Source: Octopus vulgaris (Eukaryota). From it: a stretch of 64,000 nucleotides of DNA. Positions 14,700-27,402 of the stretch are shown piece by piece. Numbering within the stretch: position 1 is the stretch's first letter; the number at the start of each line of letters is the position of its first letter. The notes under the pieces are model-generated. The model worked only from the letters and a program-made list of their open reading frames with translations. It searched no databases and was not told the origin of the DNA. The position numbers were made by a program, and so were the translations under genes. The DNA lies in contig OX597818.1 of NCBI GenBank assembly GCA_951406725.2, positions 73,656,001 through 73,720,000 of the forward strand, read 5' to 3'.

Positions 14700-14910
14700 T
14701 GGGTCGACAAATGACAGAACGTGGACTTAACACATATATTGGGAGTTTTGTGAGTAGCCATATAGCTTTAATAGATTCTCCAAGATAATTTTTTTTTTTT
14801 AAATAACAGAACTATCTGACTAGATAAAGATAAAAATCGGGATGATCACGTTCGTGTAGGATCAAGAAAATTTCGAGCACGATTCACATATAGCTTCCTT
14901 AAACAACAAT
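14695..14910 (-). mobile_element. PLE-like tail with degenerate hammerhead, ending in (TA)n
   Basis: Minus TTTAAGGA-AGC..GCTC-GAAA-T..ATC (~14846-14906); terminus ATATGAGTGGGT.GACAAATGA.AGAACG also occurs at 13103-13135. Confidence 0.4.
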
Positions 14911-14982
14911 ACTGACAATATATAAAAGAAACATATTTAAGTGATATCGTCATTTTGGGTGCTATTGTTAATAATAATGATA

Positions 14983-15155
14983 AGGCAGCCAGCTAACAGA
15001 ATCATTATCATGCCAGACAAAACACTAGAGCTCGATTTTGCCACTCATTCTTTAGGGAACGACAAAATAAGTATCAGTTGAGCACTGGATTTGATATAAT
15101 CGGCTCAGCCCCTTCCTTGATATTACTAGCGACCTGTAAAATTATGAAATCATAA
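14983..15155 (+). mobile_element. Degenerate Meta-domain-like SINE
   Basis: Diverged match to the 39359-39596 family (TCGATTTTGCC..GACAAAATAAGTATCAGTTGAGCACTGG). Confidence 0.6.
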
Positions 15156-15309
15156 TAATGTTTGACAACGGTAGAAAAGCAAGACGTTTTACTAGAAGCG
15201 AGAGAAGGATGAAATAATACCAATCAAGGAAAGGAAATTTGTAACATTCTGTTACACTTTTACTTATTTATATATTTATATTTATATACATATACATATA
15301 TATATTAAT

Positions 15310-16490
15310 TGCTTCACCTCTGACCATTCCAAGGAACGCCATCTCCTGGCCAGTTCCAAGCACTCGATCTTTTTGCGTGCTGTGGACCGGTTTGACTTTT
15401 CCAAGCGTCCCCGACACCTTCACGTCTCCCCAGCCGAACTCTCGGCCTTTCGATGTCTCCAACACCGCACTGACCCCATCATAAAATCGGCCGACTAGGG
15501 TGGAGCCGTGGTGGTGTAGAACGCGGATCTCTACAAGGCGGAGGCCCTAAGACAACTTCAAGACACCTCCTTCTACTGCCCTTGCCCCCCAACCTCACAC
15601 CCAGCTACCAACAAACTGTGTCCTCCATTAATCATGGCATCATCTCCTACTCCTGTCTCGCCCCACTGCATTTAACCTCATTGTCCGCACCCATCGCAAT
15701 CCCACAATTTACTTCCTGCCCCAAATCCACAAAACTAACAGCCCTGGATGCCCCATCATCTCCGCCTGCAACTGCCCCAACGAACTCATCTCCAGATATC
15801 TTGACGTGTCCTTGCCCCCCCCCTGGTGGCTTCCCTCCCCGCTCATATCCATGACACCAACCATGTTCTTCGTGTGTTCAACTCTTTCTCCTTCCCTCTT
15901 GGCCCTTCTAAACTTCTCTTCACTCTTGACATCAAGAGTCTATACACGGAGATCCCTCACCACGTGGGACTCGTGCAATCCAACATTTCCTTGACCTTCG
16001 ACCCAACCACCAACTTGATACATCCACATTCCTTCGTTTCGCTCGCTACGTTGATGCCTAAATATTCTCAACTTTCACTGGACCCACTCTTGAACAATAT
16101 AGTCGTTATATCGGTGCTACCTCACTCTCCTGCAAACATCTAGACTCGTTCCTCTCTTTTGTCAAATCTTTCCACCCTGCCTTTCTCTTCTCCTGCACTA
16201 TTTCCGACATCTCAGTCTCCTTTCTCAACATTTAGGTCAGCATCCATCACTCTACTTTCCCCACCTCCATCTCACACTCTTACCTCAACTTCTCCTCCTC
16301 CCACCTTAAACACACCAAGATCTCCCTTCCCTATTTCCAATCCCTCCGTCTACGCAGGCTCTGCAGTAACTACCGTGGACCGTGCACCTGCTCTCTGCCC
16401 TCGCACCCGCCTCGCCGTCACCCGTCTCCTGTTTCCCTTCATCTACCACCCCACCATCCTACCTCTCCAACGCACCATTCTCCGTGCTGA
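15310..16490 (+). pseudogene. Penelope-like retroelement reverse transcriptase remnant
   Basis: IKSAD*GGAVVV (IKPADKGG motif), YFLPQIHK..PGCPIIS..PNELISRYLD, LFTLDIKSLYTEIPH (RT motif A); stops, frameshifts and deletions. Confidence 0.9.
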
Positions 16491-16584
16491 CCGAATTACA
16501 ATGAAACTACACATCGCATCAACAAAAGTTGGACAAATGAGTAAATATCAAAAATCATCAAAGCTGTAGGGTGAAAAATCGGAC

Positions 16585-16642
16585 ATACTTGGATCAACAT
16601 TTCGAATTTGTGGCTAGTGCCCCAACTCTCCTCAGCAAGCAT
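16585..16642 (-). ncRNA. Type I hammerhead ribozyme with intact catalytic core
   Basis: Minus: ATGCTTG-CTGAGGA-GAGTTGGGGC-ACTA-GCCACAAATTC-GAAA-T-GTTG-A-TC^CAAGTAT; 7-bp stem I, ~9-bp stem II, 2-bp stem III, AUC triplet. Confidence 0.8.
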
Positions 16643-17042
16643 TATCGTATGAAAAACGAACACACATCGTTGTAATCCGTGAAGTTCTGAATTGCCCCGT
16701 GCAATTAATATCAGATGATATTGCCCCGTGCAATTAATATAGATGAGGGCTTTGCCCGTGGCTAAGTGCTGTTTTAACTTTTATTTCCAGCAAATCTGGT
16801 GCTGACTCGATCTCTTAGTGAGCACTGTACTCGTGCCTTTTGGTTTTTAAATTGCGACTAACCACCTAAATAATTTATACACACACACGCGAGCATGCTT
16901 GCATATATATATGTGTGTGTGTATATATATATATATACACACAAACACACACACACACATATATATATATGCAAGCATGCGCGCGTGTGTGTGTGTATAA
17001 TTTATTTAGGTGGTTATATATATATATATATATCCATATATA

Positions 17043-17195
17043 TGACGAGCTCCTTCAGTTTCCGTCTACCTAATCCACTCACAAGGCTTTGGTCGGCCCC
17101 AGGCTATGGTTGAAGGGTATAGTCCCACCCAGTGGGACTGAACCTGGAACCACGTGGTTCGTAAGCAAGCTACTTACCACACAGCCACTCTTACG

Positions 17196-17197
<2 letters not shown>
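17043..17197 (-). mobile_element. OK-like SINE, 5' half
   Basis: Reverse-complement match to 7065-7227. Confidence 0.88.
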
Positions 17198-17238
<41 letters not shown>

Positions 17239-17862
17239 CATATAATACACTTCATGTGCGTACTTATCTTTCGATATGAATGTGTATGTGTACCTTACCT
17301 ATTTAAATATTTTGCGTTAAGCTTAGTTAATTGCCTGTATGTTGATACATAAGATCATTCATTTGCCCCTCTGGTTTTTTTGTGGATTACTTTGAAGTTC
17401 CCAACATATTTTTAAAACCCATTTGTAGCACGTTACTGTATGTATGCAAATGAATCCTGTTTGCCAAATAAATTATTATTGTTGTTATAGCTGCTGATGA
17501 TGTTGTTGTTGTTGTTGCCGTCGTCGTCGTTGCTCTGTATGTTATATTGGTAGCAAAAGTAATGACAACGAGATGTGCATGTTTGCTGTTTAAACCAGAT
17601 TTTATTTGCATTTCCATTATCTTGATTGCTCGACAATGTTTCTTAAGCTAACACTTCTAAGCTACATTTTCTAGGTATGTTGAAACAGATGAAAACTAAT
17701 GGAATAGAAAAGACATGCATTGTGTATAGCACAGCATTTATAATATTCTAACTCAATTGAACATTTTGAATCCTTCTGGAGACAGATATTATTATAAAAT
17801 TGATGGACGCAAAAAATAGACGAAAACGGTGACTTTATTTATTTATTTATTTATTATTATTA

Positions 17863-17942
<80 letters not shown>

Positions 17943-18399
17943 TGGTTATTTGGGGGAAAATTAAACAAAAATTCCATGTGATTGATGGTTGCAATTTTGG
18001 TAAACTTGTACAAGTTATTTTTTTATAAGTTTTTGTTATTCATCGTATACGCAAATATTCCACTATAAACATATTTGTTGATGTCATATATAGGAAAGCA
18101 AAAATAAAATCCGAAATATCGCATAATATAATTTGAATTGAAAGCCATAAACAGAAACAGTGAAAGTGGGTGACAAAGCGAGAGAGGAACTGATGTAGAG
18201 AGAAAGAGAATAGCAGACAGACACAGTCAAAAGAAGCAAAAGAAATATTTCGCAATTCATTCTTCTCATACGCGTGTGCCTCAATGCACGTGAGTCTATC
18301 TTACACACACACGCGCGCGCACGCACACAAACATATGATGTTATAATGTACACTGTATCAAAAAAAAAGAGCTACAAATAGATTCTCGCCATAAAGACA

Positions 18400-19080
18400 C
18401 GTATCTAAGCGGGTATTTATAACGTGTCTTGAGTCTTCAAGCAGTTTTATGGCTTTGAGCACATGGTTTGCTGTGTCCGTAAGGCTGGACACTGAGCCAC
18501 GAGAAACTGCGTAAAAAATTAAGGAGATTGAATCAAAACGTGTAATGAGGAGAGAAAGGGTGAATAAGAAAGGAAAAAGAAAGTAGAGCAGACGTCATAC
18601 TTAACTAGTTGTAAAATAATTGAACAAAGGTGTCAGCAAAACAGATGCTCAATCCGCATATGGTGCTGTCCTCCAGTTTGCCAAAGAAACAAGTTTTGCA
18701 GATGATTATATTTGCTGAAAATTTCCGATCTGGAATTGAGCAGTGTGGTGATATTCTTGGACCTAAAAAGAATGCGCAATCTTTCAGAGACGCATTACTT
18801 GCATTTCTTTGGTTCATTTATAATATGCTATGGATTTCCATAGGATTCTGTACATTATTACATGTAGTATGCATTTTGTCTTCAAACGCCATACGTGCCT
18901 AGGCAACTTAGTGGCTTTACTTCTAAGGATGTAATTTTTCTTTTCAGTTACGTTATCTTGAAACACGTTGTTCGTTGATGCCTGTATTTATCAGACACTT
19001 CTGGTCAAGCAGGCAATTCTCAGGGCCTCGCCAATTACAATTGTCAGACTGACACGAGACAATGTTGTAACTGATATTAC
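18400..19080 (-). pseudogene. Penelope-like (Naiad-type) GIY-YIG region remnant
   Basis: Minus translations CNWRGPENCLLDQKCL, KATKLPRHVWRLK and KKCK*CVSERLRIL..LLNSRSEIFSK match CNCR..CPL.GKCL / LSKHVW.LK / C.LC..EK..IL / LLN.RSEI. Confidence 0.7.
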
Positions 19081-19470
19081 ATTAAACTTGAAACAAATAT
19101 TGGGATATACATGAAAAACTATACGTGAGAGTGAATATTTAAAGAAAGCTATTCTTTAAAATTTTCAGGATTTTAGTTCAAGCAAAAACAAATGTTTCGA
19201 ACTTTGGCCGCATTAGTGACGTTCACAGCTTTAGGAATATAAATATACTTATATTTTATCTTTGACCACTTATGCTGTTTGCCATATCTGACAGTGTACA
19301 CGATATTAGTTTCAGTGACTCCTTCATATATATTGCTTATAGCAATATCCGAATTACAACATAGAATCTATATTTCGCTGTCTATATGAAATTCTGCATA
19401 TTTTCAAACAAACAGATTAAGTTAAATGTGAAACAGAGTCTATTCGTCTCTGTCGCGACATATATATATG

Positions 19471-19536
<66 letters not shown>

Positions 19537-19833
19537 TGTGTGTGTATATATGTATGTATATATTGGTGTGAGTACGTGTGTGAGTGCGTGTGCGCGTGCA
19601 TGTGTATATGTATACGTGTATGTATATGTAAAGATATCTGTCCGAGTTTGTATGATTGCGTATAGAAGAATATAATGATAAGTGAAATTCCATCCCAGTC
19701 TGATTTTCACGTTTTATTACTTACAATTTTTAGAATTTCACAATATTATAATAATAGAATTTAATATACTTATTCTGATAAAAAATACTACTTTAATGTG
19801 TTAAGCAATCATCAAGTTTATGTAGTAATAGTG

Positions 19834-19899
<66 letters not shown>

Positions 19900-20009
19900 T
19901 CAGTAGCAGTAGCAGTAGTAGTAGTAGTAGTAGTAGTAGTAGCAGTAGTAGTTGTAGTAGTAGCAGTAGTAGTAGTAGTATAGTCGTGTTCCACAATTAA
20001 AATATATGA

Positions 20010-20046
<37 letters not shown>

Positions 20047-20325
20047 CATAGATATACATGTATATGTATTCATTCGCATGTATGCTATTGTATTGGATTA
20101 ATTTATACATTACACACATACACGCACACATACAAACACTCACACGTATATATTATAATATATAATAAACGATGAGAATTTTCATTATTTAGTTTAGCAA
20201 TAGATGGCGCTGATGTTAGTTTGTCCTTGGTAACTCTCAGTGTCGTTTGCGCTGCTGTCACGTGTGGTATGTGTATCTCTCGCTCTGCACGATTACTGTT
20301 TTAACTGTGTTCATTGTGTTAGATC

Positions 20326-22005
20326 ACGGATAGGTGAGGCTGTATGAACCACACAGAAAAAAATATTGTTATGTCTGTTGAAAATTTAATCCTCACGACC
20401 AGAAGAACATTGCCACTAAATAAAAAAAAACTGCCTATAAATATTATTTCATGTGTAAAGTTGGGGACCAAGACAAGCGGTGAGTACTCATATATGCTGC
20501 ACCGTATGTTACTCAAGGCTTTCACAGTGGCTGAATCAAAAACGGAAGGGAATTCCTTTTCCTATACCAATGGTATTGCGTGAGGCAACCAATGATGCCT
20601 CTGACTGTTACTTTTGCATGACTAATATTAGTGGTTTCTCAAAGAAATCCAAAGCAAAAGTTGTGCATGCAGAATGTAAGGCGGCCCTTAAACCGGTACC
20701 ACATGACTTCGAGAACCCTGTCCCAGTTCCCATCTCACATGATTCACTTGAAGACGTTGACACGTCACACAATGAACCCCCTGATTCTCCCATCGACGAC
20801 GTGTACGTAGATCATTCTGAGAAAAATGAGCCACGCTTGTTTAAACAAGAAGATTTGAACGATTTAGTAAGAGACCTCGCATTATCACTGGAGAAAGCAG
20901 AAGTTTTGGGATCCAGGCCGCAGGAACGGAACCTCCTACAGCAAGGTACAAAAATGTCCATTCTCCATTCTCGCCATGAAGGCTTATCTATCTTTTTTCA
21001 AGCAAGACAATAATATTTCTTTCTAACGCTAATGCACTCGTGCAAAAATTAGGACACGTGCATGTGGCTAATGAATGGAGATTGTTTATAAACTGGAGTA
21101 AGGTTAGCCTCAAAGCTTTGTTGTTACATTATGGTAATGAAAAACCTTCAATTCCTGTGGAACATGTTGTCAGTATGGTTGAAACTTATGAATCGATGGA
21201 ACTCATTCTGAATGGAGTTAATTACTCAATTCATAAGTGGAATATCTGTTTTGATTTAAAGGTGATTTCTCTCCTCCCTAGACTGCAGCTGGGATATACC
21301 AAGTATATCGTATACGTGCTTCTTGTATGTTGGGACAGCCGCGATGACAACAATCATTACACTGTAAAAGCCTGGCCTAAAAGCGATGAGCGCATAGTTG
21401 GTCGGTACAACGTGCATCATATGCCACTCGTAAGTCCGCAAAAGCTCTTCCTTCCCCCACTTCACATCAAACTCGGCCTCATGAAAAGCTGCCTAAAAGC
21501 AATGACACCCGATGGTTATGACTTCCAGTACTTAAAAGTAAAATTTAGTGCAGAGACAAGTTGCGCAAAACTGAAAGCAAGCATTTTCATTGGACCCGAG
21601 ATGAGAGAATTGACGTCTGATAACAAATTCAGGGGTAAGGTGTATTTAGTTGTGCTGATGGCATGAAATTCATTCGTGTCAGTCGTGCAGAACTTTCTTG
21701 GAAATAATAGAGCTGAAAAATATGCTGATTTCATAAGCAACATGCTAACAGTGTACGAAAGAGTGGGATGTCGAATGTCCCTTAAAATGCACTTCTTGCA
21801 TTCTCATCTCGATATTTTCTCAATGAATCATGGTGCTGTTCGTGATGAGCATGGTAAGAGGTTACACAAGGACATATTTGAGATGGAAACGAGGTATCAG
21901 GGCCAGTTATATCCACACGTGATGGGTGACTACTGGTGGATCCTACACCGGGCGGCCAGCACGATGCATAAGCACAAGAGCAAGCGCCTTAATCTTAAGA
22001 TCTGA
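20326..22005 (+). pseudogene. Chapaev3-like (CMC superfamily) transposase, frameshifted; element ~20170-22291
   Basis: CKVGDQDK, HICC..C, PMVLRE..DCYFC, WRLFIN.SK.SLKA.LLH, DLKV, LPPLHIKLGLMK, MSLKMHFLHSHLD..GAVRDEHG..YQG..MGDYWW over ORFs 20480-21013, 21040-21666, 21676-22005. Confidence 0.85.
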
Positions 22006-22554
22006 GTATATCAAAAATAAAGTGAGCATTCCCTTAAGATAAATATACTATGTACTATTATTTTACAATATTAGTTGCCTTGAACATAAATATACTATAT
22101 GCAGTACTAATATACTATTATAATAATTTACCTTGAACTTGACTATTCCTGATACTAATATAGTATTAACACAAAATCCTGAACAGCTACAACAATTCTG
22201 AGTCCGGATTCGGAATCAGCGAACTCAATTCCGTGTAGTACAGCACCATTTACCTGCGTAGCAGACAATAAATTGATTTTTTTAACCAATATTATATATA
22301 TTTGAACGCAGACATCCGCTATATACAGTACGCATATGCACACATATACATTCACACGGAGTGAAAATTTGATAATGCGTATGTCTGTGTATGTTTTGGA
22401 AAGTAGGAGATACGAACCCTCCGAACGAAACACCGGCATGTAAAGAATCTGATTTAATCGAACAGTAGATTATATCTTTTATTTGAAATTCCACACAGTA
22501 CAACTGTTAGTTTCTCGCTTCACTGATCTGTAATATCAATTTGGTAGTGAAATA

Positions 22555-23530
22555 TCGGTTTTAAAATTCGGCACAAGGCCAGCTATTTCGATGCATAGGG
22601 TAAAGCGATTACTTCGATCCCAGTGCTCAAATGGTACTTATTTTATCGATCTTAACCCCTTGACGCCGGTATTATCCGAAGCATACGAGTCACTGCTCCG
22701 TTTTGTTTTTATCGAATAAGGCCACAGAAACACACAAGTGCCATTTACATCTACCATTTTATGAAAACGAACTATGTGAAACTATTTATCATAATATGAT
22801 ATGCACAAGTTATTCTGCTAAAATTTTAAAAAATAGCTTGTGTGTGTTACAACTCTAAACACGGTATTATGCAAAGGGACACATCACAGCTCGGGCTACG
22901 ATATCTGGTTTCGCGCCTACGGTGGTGTGAGGTGCATACAACACATTCGCACGCCGGATTCTGCTTTTTTTCCGTTGGTGGTATGAAACGCGGGAAATGT
23001 CCTCGTCGGCTCAGAAGCCGGTTTGGAGTCGGTCGGAAGTGAGGAAGTCCAGGCGTTCGGTAGTTGGACAGCTCGGATACTTCGATAATTTCATTTATCG
23101 GACGCGATGACGAGCGTAAATTCGCTGATGGAGGACCGAAGCGCGAACGTAGAACTTGTAATTGATTTGAAGTCATTTTGAATTATGATGCGTTTTCGCT
23201 GGATACCGTTATTTTTATACCTCCTGTACCAATGCATATGCATGGAAAGTATCCGCATGTCATTGGTCTACTGCTAGTCTCATAACTTGAACGTAACCTA
23301 AAATAGCTAAGATAATGCACGGGACGGAGAGCGTGCGCACATCGAGAGATAAAGTACACGATAGCGAATGTAAACATACGTCAGCCGCTAAAAATCCGTG
23401 ATAGATGTAGGGCAGCTCTACATCGTATATTTACGTTAGCCGCAGGTAGGCAAGCAAAAGTGTGATCGCATATTTGCGTCAACCGTTGTCAAGGGGTTAA
23501 AAAGATAAAAGGGTAAGTCGATCCCAGCAG
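22555..23530 (-). mobile_element. Meta-domain-like SINE split by a piggyBac insertion
   Basis: 22555-22655 (..GGTACTTATTTTATCGATC) and 23497-23530 (AAAGATAAAAGGGTAAGTCGA) rejoin to match 39460-39510. Confidence 0.75.
22656..23496 (-). mobile_element. Non-autonomous piggyBac deletion derivative (841 bp)
   Basis: TTAA TSDs at 22652-22655 and 23497-23500; TIRs CCCCTTGACGCCGGT / CCCCTTGACAACGGT; ORF 22847-23176(-) ends in a piggyBac Cys-rich domain (HFP..CVVC..ETRY..C...LC..PC). Confidence 0.92.
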
Positions 23531-23689
23531 CATATATCTAATACTGAAATATCTTTGTTAATTATATATATTGTGAGCTACAGCATCTGTTGAGTAATCC
23601 AATTAACACTATAAAACTGTGTAGTGTAATGAGACTTTATTGCATTAATTTATTTCCCGTGCGCTTGTTTCTCATTTTTGTATAAACGT

Positions 23690-23865
23690 TTATCTTTTAC
23701 TTTTTCCAATCATTAGACTTGAAGGGATTTAGTCGAAAGATTCGAAGCTAATACTTAAGTTTAAGTTTGTACTTATATTTTTGGTATCTTTTGATGCACC
23801 GACTGGGTGAACGGACGAAAACGAACAAACACCGGTTGTCGGGTATTAGTGGTGGACAAGTACAA
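23690..23865 (-). mobile_element. OK-like SINE 3' part, degenerate
   Basis: Diverged reverse match to 7280-7470. Confidence 0.55.
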
Positions 23866-24152
23866 ACACAAAAACACGCGCATAGATACATGCACATACA
23901 CCCGGTTGAGAAGCAAACGGCTACGACTGAGATTATATATTCTACTATTGTGCATCGGCAGGAAATCGAAACTTGGCCTCTCGCGTGGCAGAGGAGCATT
24001 AAACCACTGCCCTACATTAGTAGGACAGTGGTTGTAAACAAAATTGACGATCTCCTGTTCCATTTGCCGGATTTTTTTTTTTTGTGTGTATGACAACGTA
24101 ATATGTGTATGTGCTTTTATATACTCGTATGTAAATCTGTGCTGATATCTAA

Positions 24153-24373
24153 CCCTTTAGCATTTAAACCGGTCATATCTGTCAAAACATATTCTACGTC
24201 TTTCATGTTTAAATTGGCTAAATACAGCCTCTCACATTTATGCTACACTGTCATCCTAAAAATAAACTATCATATCATCGAAATCTCGAAGCTATAAGAT
24301 AAGGCATAATTAATTCAAAACAATGGAAATAAATAAGCATTACATTTGACAGATCAATCTGAATGTTAAGGGG
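24153..24373. mobile_element. piggyBac-type MITE
   Basis: CTAA|CCCTTTAGCATT ... AATGTTAAGGGG|TTAA; 221 bp, no ORF. Confidence 0.75.
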
Positions 24374-24784
24374 TTAATAAAGTTGAATGATTGTGTAGAT
24401 AAAGGATAATATTTTCCTATATAATAGTATACCATAAATCTACCAATATGTCGCAATGTGTATAATTGGTTATTATAATTACCAGAAGATAGATAGCTCA
24501 ATGTAGCATTATTCCTGAGAAAAAAAATACACAAGAAAATGTGTATGTTATAGTCTATTTATAACAAGATGTTCATGGAAAGTGAGACGCTTTAACACAC
24601 CGAACTAGAAATTTTAGCTGCCATAGCTAAAATGCCGAGCAAGCAAATAAGGGACACATTTGTATCTGTATTTATAGGTCCTTGTTTCCGCATTGGAGAA
24701 TACGTGGAGTTTATATTGCGTGAGTTGCGAGCCATATCTACTCATTTCTACCATATTAGAAATATACATGCAGGCACACACAAA

Positions 24785-25182
24785 TCTTTATATATAAAAG
24801 TGAGGTTGTGTGCTGTCTGTCTCCTACGATCTAGATTCCTAACTACTCCCACATTTTGCGGTGCAGTTTAACCAAAACCGGGTATCTTATAGTCGTGATC
24901 CATATCGAGCCCTTCTGGGTATTAACGCGCGTCTACGATGAGTCTACGATTTAAAAAAAAAAATTACCATCAATTTTTCCCATTTTTAATGCATTTTTGG
25001 CATATATAAGAGAAGTAACTCTCTAAAAATTTATTATTAAATCTCAGAACGTAAAAAGCTACAGTAACACCGCCCTCTTTGTGGTTAGCCATATTGAGAT
25101 GGCTATTATACTTTACAGCTCTAAAAATGCTTATATAGTTATTTCCCTTACAAACCCGAGCAACGCCGGGCGATACTGCTAG
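24785..25182 (+). mobile_element. Non-autonomous Helitron
   Basis: A|TC 5' end (TCTTTATATATAAAAG), 3' hairpin CCCGAGCAACGCCGGG then CTAG|T. Confidence 0.88.
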
Positions 25183-25344
25183 TTTATTTATAAATCCCTT
25201 TCTCTCGGAAAATTTCTTAATGATTTACTACGTTGTGCAAGCGCGTTCCAGTACTGTAATACTTTCTGAGGATGAAAATTTAAGTTGTTCACGTCTAATA
25301 CCAGCAGTTGTTAAATGATATGTATGTGTGTTCGGATAAGTGTG

Positions 25345-25495
25345 TATGTATGTATGCATCTATGTATGTATGTTTGTATGTATGTATGTATGTTTGTTTT
25401 TGTATGTATGTATGTATGTATGTATGTATGTATGTATGTATGTATGTATGTATGTATGTATGTATGTATGTATGTATGTATGTATGTATGTATGC
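25345..25495. repeat. (TATG)n microsatellite (also 13197-13383, 28090-28200); (TAGA)n at 26990-27125, 39768-39890, 41124-41199
   Basis: Direct tetranucleotide repeats. Confidence 0.98.
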
Positions 25496-27012
25496 ATGCC
25501 ATTTTATTCAGTTTTATTCATGATACGTGTCCATAAATGTAAATATGTCACTTTAAGACAATCACATCAAATTAAGATAATAACTAAAATTTCCAAGACA
25601 AATTCATTTCTTTCACAAATCAAACCCTTTTTGTAATTATTTATTTACTTTTTACTATGTTTTGCTAATATAACTATATTTCCATTGAAGTGTTCTTAAA
25701 GCAATTTCGATGTTTAGATAAGTAAATCCTGCATACATCTCCACATCTCTTTACTCTGATGCTATTAATCTAATATGTTTCGCCTATTTATTTCTCTTAC
25801 TCACTCTCACACGCATCCTGAAAGTTGTAACATTGTTGTTATATATTTGGAAAATTAGATAATATCACATATCGACATTACACACATTTCTGCAAACACT
25901 ATCACAGGATAATCTTGAAAGAAATTCGATTATTGGGCATCCTTTAAGGAACAATTATTACTCAATGTCCATTGAGATTGTATTATTGATCATTTCTTTC
26001 AGCATCTTTTTAACAATACGTCAAAGAAGGAATAAAACTTTAATCAACATTCGGCATAGTGATATAGTGATATCTTTAGGTGAAATACTATCTAACAAAC
26101 GATCTACTGCAACAATGCTAAGCTAATTGGGAGAAATACCGAATTATAATTTCGTTGAAAACTAATGTTTTCAGTGATAACCCGCAGTCCACGCAAATCT
26201 TTAGAATCTTCCTTTCAATATGTATACTGAAACAGTTTATATGGTGAAAACAAACTGAATATCCTATCGCTACTGGCGTTACAATACGTGACAAGATCAT
26301 TTGTAATTAAATCAGGCAGAATATCGGATCAGGAAATCAATGAAGCTAAGCAAATTGAAGCACAATACAGAAAATATTTATACAAACACGGAAATAGGTG
26401 TATACAAATAACTGAAGTAGTAATATTGTGTTTAAACAAGTGTGTGATTAGTCAAAGCAAAATGTTTAACTTCGTTAAGTAGTGAAATATTCGAAAGAAC
26501 AGACGAATTATAGCCAGTAGCATGATAATAAATATGTACCATGGATAACTCCATCGGAAAGCTGAAAAACGGAACCAGGAACTTTTCTCGCTTAGTTAAA
26601 GCTATCGTAATTCTCTCAAACTCTTATAATATATTTCTTACTGATGTGTTTGTATGATCGTTGAAGATATATTGTATTTATTGTTTCTAATCGATCTTAA
26701 TGTGGAGGTTTCCGCTTCTAACTTTTAAATAAGAGATTCTTAAATCAAAGGGTGATTAAAAATTAACAGTTCTCTAGAATATCAGTTAAAAATACATTGA
26801 GAATGTTCTAAAAGTTAGACAAACAACATTGTATATATTCCATGTATACATACAGATATACATACATACATGCATAAATGTGTATGTGTATGCCTTGTGT
26901 GTAAGCACGCACGTACTCACAGACATATATCCACATACATACATGCAGAGATACAGACACACAAACACACATATATATGATATGAATATATATAGATAGA
27001 TAGATAGGTAGG

Positions 27013-27115
<103 letters not shown>

Positions 27116-27366
27116 ATAGAGAAATAGATAAATAGAGATAGAGATTGATAGATGGACAGATTGATACATGTAGATATATTTATATGTACATATTAATATA
27201 TGTATATATATATGTATGTATGTATATGTATACATATACATATATGCATATAGGGATATATAAATATTTATATTCATATATATATATACACACGCGAGTG
27301 CCCTCACACACACATACACGCACACACACGCACATACACACATACATACACACAGACACACACACA

Positions 27367-27402
<36 letters not shown>

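Noticed and set aside
16691-16745. Direct repeat ATTGCCCCGTGCAATTAATAT x2
   Set aside because: Two adjacent copies with no unique spacers: slippage duplication, not CRISPR
18349-19298. TACACTGT...ACAGTGTA ends suggesting a Tc1 element
   Set aside because: Only 8-10 bp of match, and the interior encodes a PLE endonuclease remnant
25262-25300. CTGAGGA followed by a hairpin
   Set aside because: No GAAA after stem II; at best a deleted fossil
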